Of a stretch of 64,000 nt of DNA, positions 13,726 through 25,700 are shown piece by piece (the stretch's first letter is position 1; every line of letters starts with the position of its first letter). The notes beneath the pieces were generated by a model. That model was not told the origin of the DNA. It ran no database searches and saw nothing but the letters and a program-made list of their open reading frames with translations. The stretch lies in NCBI RefSeq assembly GCF_964355755.1, contig NC_092680.1, positions 5,952,001 through 6,016,000 of the forward strand. The letters are read 5' to 3'. The position numbers were made by a program, and so were the translations under genes. Source of the DNA: Antedon mediterranea (taxonomy: Eukaryota > Animalia > Echinodermata).

Positions 13726-16700
13726 ATGGCCGAACCGCAGTTTGAGGATGCATTTGAAGATGCAGAAAGTGACTTAATGGCAGCAAAAGCTCCCATTGCT
13801 ATCAATGGTACAGCAAATGGTGCAGACATTAATGGTGACCTTCCAGAATCCCAGTCCAGTGAAGGCGATAGGAATATTTTCATAGATGCTGATGAGAGCG
13901 AACAGGACAATTTTGAGGATGTAGACGATGAGGAAGATGGAACAGAGGAGAATGTTCCTGCAATTGTAGTCCTTGAGAATGGTTATCATGAGAGTCCATC
14001 AAGAAATGAGAGCTCAGCAGGTGTCCATGAAGATATGACAGAGAGTGATAGTGACAGGGAACCTAATGACGAAGTAATCCAAGAAGGAAACATTCAAGAA
14101 GATGAAGAGGGATCTGACACCGAGGATACAGAAGACCACCAGGAATATCCAGAAGGTACAGAAGAGGTTGTTGGTGATCACAAACCGATAAATGAGCTAT
14201 ACAATGGTAATGCGCAGGATGAATGTACTGAAGATGATTTACCAAATGAAAATAGAATTCAGAACATGGAAGAGAGTGAGGATGAAACATCAGAAGAGGA
14301 AGAAGAGGAGGAGGAGGAAGAGCAAGTAGCTGATCATGTGTACAACAAACCGCCAGTAATGTTTCTCCACCAGGATGCTAAATGTGAGGATGAACGAGGT
14401 TTTTCTGCTACGATTGATACTCGTGATGAGAGTGAAAGTGAGTCTGTAGAGGCAGACATGGACTGCCCGGAAGAAGATTCATCACCAGGTAATTATACGA
14501 CGGGTCTTGTAGAATCTTATATCAACATTCCAGAGAATCAGAAGTTAGAGGAAGATGAAGATCTTGATGAAGAAGAAGATCTTGATGAAGAAGAAGATCA
14601 ATGGGAAGATGATGTGAACTACTCTTCTCAGCCACAGTATCATGCTTCTTCTAACGGCCATCGAAATGATTTGTTCTTCACAGAAAAGTTGCTTCCAACT
14701 ACAAGTAGTCCATCAGAACAAGCACTACAACCTCCAACTCCACCTCCTTCACCGGTGCCAAGTTCTTTAAATATATCACAACCAGAAACTGTTGTTAATT
14801 CTAAGCTTCAAATTGCCAGTCTGGATGCAAATATACACCAAAGGCTGGAGCCACAAGGACAAACACAGATTTCTGATTCAAAAACATTACTTGATGATTA
14901 CAATGGTGAACTTTTAGTTGATGTCGCTCCATTATCGGAGCAAACTTGCAATGAAGAATCCAAAAAGAACGAGTTTGTTGGAAACGATATGAGACATTCA
15001 GAACATTCTTCGGATTCAGAGCCTGCAAAGAGACAATCAAGAAAGAAAACGAAAACAAAGGTGGTAAAATCAAGTCCTAAAGTGCAGGAAAACATTAACC
15101 AGAATTCCACATTCTTAAAAACCGTTTTAGACTCTTCTAAACAAGAAATAGTTGAGAATATTAGCACTAGTAAAGTTAAGTCTGAAATGACAAAATCTAA
15201 AAGGACTTCTTCTGGTAAAGCTATTGCCAGAGTTACCACAGATGGCAATAGAAACATTTCCAGCACTACGAATGCTGGTTCAAAAAAATCTACCAGTGTA
15301 AAACAAAGTTCACTTCTTAGTACACGTATGAAAAGTGAGAAACAATTTATTCAGGATATTGAGAAAAGTCTGGCAGCGGAGGCATTCGTTGATGCTGAAG
15401 ACAATAGTAGGAAAAAAATGTTAGATGGGCTTATTTCTAGGAATCTTGGTGGAGATGATAGTGAGCAAATTTCTGTCTTCCCAGTCAAAAAAGAAAATAT
15501 GGCAGCAACCTCCGCTGTACCACGGGAGAAAAAAAAATCGCCAAAAAGAATTTCAGGAGGATTTGTGACCAGGCCAAAAAAAGATTTAAGTCAATATGCT
15601 AAAAATAATTCAAATTCAAATCATCAATCGCAAGTAGAAATGACTTCAAGACTTCCTTCTCATCAGCCTCGTAAAGGTGACATATTGTTTGATGATTTTG
15701 CAGAATGTAGTGAATATATGAAGAAAAAGACGGATTTATTGCCTCGGGAAGAATCAATAGTACCTCAGAAACCTAGCTGGCGTAGACGTCGTAATAGTTA
15801 TGAACTTGCCAATCGTGAATCGTCATCCGAGGAAGAAGATAGTTGTACAACAACCGGTAGCGAAAGCACAGCTACAAGTCAAGAAGTACCAAAACATTAC
15901 AATATATTGGACATTGATTCTAATGAACTGGACAGTATACCAAAAGCACCTTCTAGTATTGATGGCAATCTACTAGAAAAGCTGGCTGAGCGTGAATTGG
16001 CTCACATGAAAAGTTTGCATGTGAAGAACAAAATCTCTAGTCAATTTGATGATGCAAGTCCTTCCAATAATTCTGAAACAAATGAAGAGAACCAAGATGT
16101 TGTTGCTTCAACAAGTCTTGCAGATGTTAAAACAACGATTGCTGAAAAGACAATTAAATCAAAAATGATCTCGCCAAAATCATCTTTACCATCACCAAAG
16201 CAACCGGTGAAGAAGGTTGATCCAATGATTAGCCCAATGGAATATGAGAAAATTGGACTGCGACTAGCTGGACATACTAATACATCGATGTTAGGCACCC
16301 CAGAAGAAGAGGGAGATCAGTTTTCTGATGCGTTTGAAGATGCAGATGAAGATGGGGAGGAAGGCGATACCAATGTGGTGTATCAACAACCAGAACCAGT
16401 TGATGACAATGATAGCAGTGAAAATTCTGATGACAAGTATCATAATGTTGAGCAGATTGAGCAGGATTATCCTCCTCCAGGTGAGGACTATGCTGCACCT
16501 AAACTAGCCATGGATGAGAAAGCATTGCAAAAGGCAATGGAAGAACTTGAAGAAGCAATTGTATCGAGTCGACAGAAATTACGGAAGGCTCCGTCATTGT
16601 ATGCACCAAAGTCCTCCCCATGGGTCTTAAAGCCAGAAGTGGTCCAAAGAAGAGAGGAAGATGATCGCAGGAAAAAGATAGCTCAGGATCGAATTAGAAG
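13726..16700 (+). CDS. APBA: APBA giant coding exon (exon 13711-16700), acidic low-complexity N-terminus
   Basis: Acceptor ttgtag|GAG at 13710/13711, ATG at 13726, 991 open codons, donor AG|gttagt at 16700 (phase 2). Confidence 0.88.
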
Positions 16701-19700
16701 GTTAGTATAAAATATATGTGAATACTACTGGTTTTATTTTTTTTCCCAACTTCATTTAAAAAGGGTAACCATTCCAGGAGGTCAGCTGATGTTCAGGTGC
16801 CCTCTTTATAAATGAATGATAATCCCAGAATGCATACTTTGAAAACAAAATTTCTATGCAGTACATTATAGAACTAGAAATACCGGGCCTGTACCATATT
16901 TGTTGTGAGATAATCTTAACCCAACCCTAAAATGATCTGCCAAACCGACTTTGGGCCCCGAGTAATCTTTGGATTTTTTACCAAAAATATGAACCAACCA
17001 ACCAACCATCACTGAGAATCAAACATCAACAAGTTCTGAAGTCTACTAAAAGTTGATTACTGCCCTCTATTGTTAACAGAACAATATTGACCACTGTATT
17101 CATAATGAATTGTTGCCAGTAACTATCTAAACATTATTTTTTAAATACTCTATTCTTCTTACGGTTTTATAAAATTAATTAGGACATTAAAATAACCAAT
17201 ACATAATTATGTCGATAAAAGCAATGTGAGTGCAAGACATTAGTGACAAATTATATTCATATCTCAATTATCATTCATATATAACAATCTTTCAAGATAC
17301 CTTGGGTCTTTACTCTTATCCAATAATAGTCCCATTCACACAACATTCTTAGGCCTACTATAGAAATGGTAATGGTACTAGTCTTAAGGGTTTTTCACGT
17401 GGCATGATTCAAATCAAACGTGGATGTTTTGTTTTCACGCGGCTATTTGAATATCGATTGTCGCATAACCGTGTGGACATTGTGAAAACGAAACATTGAC
17501 ATTTTAGTTTTGTTACCAGCGCTGGACCGGAACCATGCTGGAACAGGTATAAAAGATCCGGATTTTTGCACTCCTCTTTTTAATTATGGATCTATGAAAT
17601 AGTAATAATTTGACCAGAGCTTCAGTGAAATAATAGAATTATTTTTATAAACATAAAATTCGCAGTGACGGTCGTGACGTGTAGTGACGACATCATTCGC
17701 TGATAGTTATTGCTAAACTTAGGTAATGAACTATGGTATTATCCAAAGTGCATTGTTGATAGACAATTGCTTAAAAATGATGAATAATTCATTGAAAAAA
17801 AATCAATTTATCATAAATTCAAATCATACTGAATGCAATTTTTGCTGACATGTTTTATATATGCAATATTTTCTGCATACTGAATTATAACATGATTACT
17901 GTTTATAAGTAAGAAACGTTATTACAATGAAGGATAGTATGTCTATTGATTATAAGTCTTCCCTGACAGTATATTGAGGTCAATTTCCTCATATTAATTT
18001 ATGTGTTGGAGCGAGTTAGTAGTTTTCTTTGTCGCAGTTCGTGTTGACAATAGACGAAGTAATAACCAAATTATTAGTCTAAGCCTGCTTGTATAGATGC
18101 ATCGATATGGTGAAAACAATATTCAGTCTTCGGTCTCTTTGGGAGTCGCAAAGTCCGAAAACAGATGCTTATTAAAGATTACATTTGCGGTTTTGAAGTA
18201 GTTGGATTGCGTACACGATTTTATTGTTGTTGCTTCTGTCATAGTTAGTTCTCTCATTGGTTTAACATTATGTGTTCACGCTGTGCCCATAACGCTATGT
18301 AAGTATGTTCAAGGATTATAACGCATTAGTTTCATGTAATAACATATTGTGTTTAGAAATGATGAAGGACAGATATTGAGACTCGTCCAACATAAAAGCT
18401 CAATATACTAAAAATAAATTTGTTATGTCATTTAAATGATTGTTTGAATAATTGTCTTAAATCTACTAACTATCTTCAAATTGATAAATTGTCAACCATT
18501 TATACTCCATTCATTCAATTTTCAATTTCGGAATCTCTGGTCCATAAAAGGTAAAATTTCGTATAAAATTACTAAAAAATAAAATATAACTGTACTAATT
18601 ACTACAACTCATTTCAAGATGGTATTTCATCTGGAGAGCATCTTTGACGTATATATGACGTTGTCTATAATCGTTGAGACTAAAACATTTTTACTTGAAT
18701 GAAGCCTACACATCAGGCCATATATCAATTTTCCTAAAAATTTATAAAAAGAAGGAATTATATATTCTGTAAACATGAGGCTGGCACTACAATGTTGTCA
18801 ATGGTTTACTTGGAGTAGATAAGTAAAATTATATTTTAATCAATCTGCATACTGTAATGCAATATGATTTATGTGCTAAATTTGATAACTCTACAATAAA
18901 AAAATGTTTATATTTAAACATTACCAAGTCCCTTTGAAAAATGACCATGCACCCAAAGTTTGAATAGACATGTGGCTGGCAGTATATATATTTCTTTTCG
19001 TACATAAGTTGGGGACCCCTCAAGAAATGTCGAAAAATAAACATGAATATTCATAAGAATTGACTTAACTACAATTCTCTAAATGCAAATGCTTTCTGCT
19101 GAGCCATCTGTGTAGTCGAATGGATTAAACTATGGACTTTACATGTCGATGTATGGGGTTCGAATCCCATGAGCAACTTCTTTTTACTTTATAGTGAGAG
19201 AGATTATTTAGAGGGTTAGGTTTAGTTATATTTAGGAAGTAGTTCAGCTATCTTTCACATAAGGTGGTCCCCAACTTATGTACGAAAAAACAAAATCGCT
19301 GGCTGGCATGGGTCCATAGACAAGCTAATCCGAAATTCCTTAATTTGAAAATTAACAACAAATACATACAAGAAAATATTTGCTTCGAGGAGGGAATTGA
19401 TTTATTTTGTTTATTAATTATGTTTTTTAATTAACCATAAATACATTTTAAATTTCATTTACTTGATAGAAAACGTGAGTTAGAGCTTGCAAGACTACGT
19501 CAACGTGTTACATTACCAGATGACTATGATGCTAAGGACTCGGAGGAGACGCTAACAGTACAATGTTACCAAAAAGAGGAGGAGGAGGAAACGGATGAGG
19601 GTCTGGAGAGTCGGTTGCTTATCTCTGGTAGTGATCCAGATCATACCAAGCCTAACTTTACCAAGAGACCAACACCACAAGCACCTGATACTATGAGAGT

Positions 19701-22700
19701 AAGTTGGTTATGGTGCTTGCATAGTCACAGGCTACGTTATGATGCTAGGCTACCAATCCAACGATGCTGGGTTTATTTGTCTAATGACTCCACTCCCAAA
19801 GACTTGTAATAAGAATTTGTTTATGTAGAGCATCTTGTGCATGGTTTGTCTTGTGAACGTGATTGAATTTGCAAAAAAACAAACAAAAGCTACATCATGT
19901 AAACATGATGAAACACTATGGTTAATAAAATGAGAAAAAACAATGTACCCGGAATGTAGTTTGATTGTTTTCCACCCTACTAGGATCTAGGCTAGTATTG
20001 TAGACTCTACTCTTCCTGACCTGCTAAGAACCAAACGAACATTGTACCCTAGCTATATATTGGCCTAGCCCTGTGCTGTCTTTCTGCTGAATGAATTGTA
20101 TTTAATTTTTTGGGCAGAATCCATTATCCATGTATGACTTATTTTATAAAAAGTGTGACATTAAAAATAAAATAGACTGAAAAATGTAGGAAAATGTGTA
20201 TTTTCAATGTCATTAATTTCCAATAATTTAATGTTCTTTCAGGCACCTGATTTACCTGTCACAACTAATAAAGTCAAAGAATGTGAGTACATTGTTTTAA
20301 TCATCTTTTTCTGAGGTCATTCGGGTCATATCATACTGTAATCTAATTGGATATCATAATTTACTCTGGTATATCTCATTAGCAATAATTAATATAATAT
20401 TATGCATCGGGGAAAATAAATTGAGTGGCTGGTTTTTGGTTAGAAATAGGTTTATCTTTCAATTTATTATAAAAGGGAACTAAATTATTTTAAATATTTA
20501 CATTTCTGAATAAAATATTTTATTTTACAAAAGCTGCAGTATGTAAAAAAATAATTAATTTCTGTCTGTAAATTTATTTGAATTCTAAATTTAACATTAA
20601 TTTGGATAAACTATATATTTGTTTAGGCCTAATCTTGTATTTGTATATTTCGTTATAGAGTATATTATTATTAATGCCCTTCAAATTGAACATATTCACT
20701 TCAGTTCATTATTTCTTTGTATTGTTTTCATTTAATTTAATGAAATTGTTTATGATTTCCAGATAGTTGCTTTTCCATTTAATTAACTTGCAAAGAGCTT
20801 TAAATTTCAAACTGAGTTTATTGATTTCGATTTAGGTGTACATCACAAACAGTACATCTTCACGTCGTGTAAACAACCAGAATCATTGTTTATTTTATCG
20901 TCATAAATGTTTAATTTGATGATAAAGATTTCTGTCGTCTAGTTGCTATATATTGACTGAAGATTATTGAATTTTGGTTCCTATGAACATAGTACAGTAT
21001 ATTGGAGCAGAAGTATGTGTGTAAGTGACATAACGACTATGAGCGCTTACTGGCTAAACCCAGGGGCCCAGAGCATGAGCAACCCAATGCAATTACCTAG
21101 CATTGGAGGGCCCTTAAGAGTGCTAAACTGGGGGCTTTTGCACCCTGCATTAAGTCACTGGTGTGTGTATAATTTGTGTTCGTAACATATGAATGTTGTT
21201 CAAGTTTGAGTGTATGTTTGTTTGATTGACACTTTTCCGAATCACTCGTATTCTCAACAATATTGTATTCACTGATTGCCCTAGAAGACCTTATGACTCC
21301 TGAAAATTGAGGTCATGCGATTCTGACATTCTGCACGCAAGGGACAATGCTCTAGTCTTGTACACTGACTAGTGATGCAAATCACAGCACGTGCCTGTGA
21401 ATAGAGATCCTTAATGAATAAAATAACTTATGCATATATGCACACTCGATTAGAAAACTTATTGGTGTGATGCAAGTGCGAATCTTGATGATTGCGTTAG
21501 ACAAAACGATGATGCCAGATACTGTGCATTCTCAAAGGTGTACTATTCTGGCGAATACACAAGTTACATACCAATTTTTTTATATATGCATCCAACAGGG
21601 AGTACCTCACCAATTACAGGATGGATAAACTATTTAATAATTTATTGTGCTTATAAACTAAGTCTCATTTGAGAGTAGCTCCACTACTGGTTCCCCATGT
21701 TAATATACTTTTAGGTAGAAATACTGTAGTTTATAATTTGATTTAACTTTTTTGAATTGAAGTCTTTTGCAACTGTTGCTGTTTTATTTATGTTGTTTAT
21801 CATCTTGTATATTTTCTCAGTAGAGTATGTTACAAATCATCCTGTAGTTTAAAAAATCCAAATTAAATAGATTTTTTACAAATTATTTATGTAAGGAAAC
21901 AATATTTTTCTCGTATAAATTAATTGCTATTAAGCTAACAATTGATTTAATCTTTTTTTTTTTAACATTTTAAAATATACTTGGTAAGTATTTATGTAGA
22001 AATTATATCTCTTCAAGTTGTAGTTATTTGTTGAATTAAGTGTTTGTTTTGATTGATTTTAGGACATTCAGGAATGGTAGGGTAAAACAAAAACAACTAT
22101 CATTCAAAGAAAATATTAAATTAAAACAGTACATTGAAACATTACCAGTACTGTGTACTGGAATATCAACAAATGTTGAATAATATAATACTTAATAGGC
22201 AGGCATAAAAAGAAATTTTAAATGTTCCAGTGATATACTGAAACAATATACTAAACACTAGACTAAACACCAATTATATGAATACCAAACCCCCCCCCCC
22301 CCCCAAAAAAAACCCCCCAAAAAACACCTTATGTGATTTAAGGTACTTTTAATTAAAAAAAAATACTAGGGTTTGGTATACACCAAGTTAAAACAAAGAA
22401 TAATACTACTGTATTGTTAAAGTATAGTTTGTTTATTATTTCATTTCTACACTCATTTACATATATTTTTTCTGTAAAAACATTCATTTCTAGTATACGA
22501 TTATTTTACAATATTGGAAATTGAGTATGCAGATAGATAAAAGTAATAATTTATAGCAATTTAAACATTCTATTATTGATTTGCATTAAAATTGATTTTC
22601 CATAATTTGTCTTTTTTATATGCACTTAATTTGAAGGACTCCCTCTATTATTTTAAATTATGCAAATTATGAATTTTTTTATCCAGTCAACTTTAACCTT

Positions 22701-25700
22701 TTTGAGTTGTTTATTTTCTCTAGAATTTTTGAGAACTACTGTACTCGCATTTAAAAACATATTTACTGATATTATTTAAAATCGGCTTTGTTTACAATTC
22801 GCATGTAATGATCATTTCTCCAATAGAATGAAAACTTTAAATGCCTGCCTAATTTGCATATTCATATTTAAAAACAGATTTCAGCTGCTGTCAAGTTGAT
22901 TGTATGTATTATGGATTATCTATATTTTCTTCCATTGAGTTGTCATGAGATAAAAGCCACTGTTTTTCTACCATTGATATTTGTTTACCCACGGCATGCC
23001 TCACTAACTTTCAACCCTGTCATTATTTGTTTTGGTATTTTTTTCTCTCCCATATCATTATACCCTTGCATACTTGGAAAATGCACTCATATGGTGAGTA
23101 AAAAGTTAATTGAATATTTCTTTTATTAATATATTGTTTATTGCATGTTGGTTTGATTGTATCAAGTCTTTTTGCTATAAGCCTCTTTATCTACAGTACA
23201 TATTAAATTAACATATTTTGTGTTTTCCCTGCGTTCTAAAATTTTCTGTTGTTTGTGTTAATTTTCTTTTCTGTTATTACTAACCTTAATAATTAATATT
23301 AGTTTATAGTCATTATTAATATTAGTTAGTTTACTACTTTAGACTAGAGTGTTTTCGTCAACTAATATTAACAATGTTGACAAGTTGAATCATGCAGTGT
23401 ATACCGTAGTATTTATGTATTTTTATTCACAGCCTATAATGTGTTGTCAAACATTATATTTTTCCTATGAAAAATAGTTTATTGTTTCTGTGTATTTATA
23501 GAATTTATTGTTGGATAAGGTGATGAGATGTAATTTAATATAATATGTATGTTTCCATTATGTTGTATGTTAAGCATTATATGCTTCATATTGGTGGAGT
23601 TGGTTTACTATGTAATCATATCTACTCAGGGTCTGTTGGTATGATTTAGCCTATAGCATAGAAACCTTTGAATGGATCAGATGTATTTTACAACCAGATA
23701 ATTCATAAATGATCTTCTAAAAGGTCTGACTACTCAAACATTTTCTTAAGACATTTTATAGTCATTAACTTGCTGTTGACAGTAGTGATCATAATTATAG
23801 ATAATTAAACTTCATGTATCTTCGCCTAGAAGGTTATATTTTCGCCCCTGTATGTTTGTGTAAACTTTAACTTGGTTTGTGAACAGCCAGATTTTATGTA
23901 GAAAACTTTCAGTGTAGGCAGAGGTATGCACTCATAATAATAGTGTTTGTCAATAATAACAACAACATAAATAATAGTACATTTGTGTTCTTATCGGTCT
24001 GGATCATAATTAGAAGTTCAATGAACTTGTCATCAAAATGACCCAGGGACGGATACAATATAATAATAATTTGATGTTAAAAGTTTGACATACGGTATTC
24101 AGCGAATGAATAAAAGAAGATTTAATAAAAAGAATTTTTGCGTAAAAACTATAAACCCAATAATATTAATTATACTTAGATAAAATATTTAACATGCTTT
24201 TTAAAAAGTAGAATATTTCTATATACAAGTAAATTTGCATCAAGCTCATTACATACAGCTTTGAAACACCGGTTCTCGTCAGATCACCGAAGTTAAGCAA
24301 CATTGGGCCCGGTTGCATTCTGGATGGGAGACCGTCTAGAAATCGCGGCGGGTGCTGTATATACTGGAGAGTGATAGTGTAATGGTAATATCGGACTAGC
24401 ATGTGATAGGCATGTGTTCGAGGTTATCTGTACCATACTAACTGTATCCTTAGGCAAGATGCTTTACTCTCATTGCCTCTTCCTTCGGATGGGATGTAAA
24501 GCCGTTGGTCCCGTGTACTTAACAGTGCACTTGGTACACACTATTCGAAAAGAGTAGGGGATCGTCTCCCGGTGTGCTGATCTGGTAGGCGCTGCACTGC
24601 TGGCTGCCGTGGGTCCGTGGAGGGCCTAATCCGAATTTCCTCAGTTTCCAGTTAAGCTTGAGGACAAATATAAATACCTTTACCTTTACCTTATTCAATA
24701 GTTTAGGACCAGCAACACTAAATAATTGAATCTTAGTAAGTTTGGAACATTAAGTGTGCGCGGATTCCTTAAATTATATTTGAGATATGGTTGATATTAA
24801 AAATTATTTATATATTATTCTGAATTATATTATTATATTATTATATTCTGAATATAAAATAATATAAAGTATTTATTCAACTATTGTACTATATAATATT
24901 ACAAAATAAGAAAGCAAAAAGGCTATTTGAAAATGATTTATCGTTCATTTTAATGAAACTGCACAATATTGATTTAATTATTGACATAACAATATATATT
25001 GTACATGCAGTTTTTATTACACTTCTTTTATTGAATATAATTGGATTTTTGTTTGATTGGGTCATATATATGCCAGAAAACTCAAATAATCTATTGGCGA
25101 TGTTGAATTTTTAAGAGAATGAATAATATAGTTTTTTGGTAAAGTAGTATTTAGTATTATAGTAATCCACACAAAATGCATTACGTCTACTAAATAATAA
25201 TATAGTAATTCCTTTTCTCCCCATGAAGAATAGGGCCTAACGCCTAATTAAGTTCCTGTCATTTGATTGGACGGTTATGGGTCAAATGGCGTGCAATAGT
25301 ACTCACTATTTAACAATCGTTAATGAGTACATTTTTTTGCATTCATTATTTGTATAATATTTCATTGTTCCCTGTCTTTGTCTGCAGTCAACGCCCGTGC
25401 CCCTTCCTGCATACCCTAATTTGTTCCTTTCCTTTCTACATTTCTTCTCCAGTCTTCACACTAGTCTCTTGCCTTCAGGTGCATATGTCAGTGCTATTCT
25501 TAGGTATCCATTCAGTCTCAACACGTCATGTCTGATCTATCTCCTCTTCACTATCTATCAAACTAGTTTGACAAAAATAGTGTGATGTGTCCAGATATGG
25601 TAGTAATATGCCAAAATATGGTAGTGATAGGAGATCATCATGTCCATATGGCCATATTACATTTTTTTTGTTGCATAAAGTTTGATAGTGTAGACAGAGA

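Noticed and set aside
13686-16498. Antisense ORFs over the giant exon
   Set aside because: Shadow frames of the APBA coding sequence.
18202-18298. Signal-peptide-like hydrophobic frame [22 protein letters not shown]
   Set aside because: No ATG after the upstream in-frame stop, and wrong phase for the 19470 acceptor.
19105-19175. tRNA genes (also 53500, 53870, 59620, 40040)
   Set aside because: A/B boxes only, without convincing cloverleafs; they are heads or parts of repeats.
24249-24360. Functional 5S rRNA gene
   Set aside because: Diverged 5' end and internal changes, no T-run terminator, and it continues into a SINE body.
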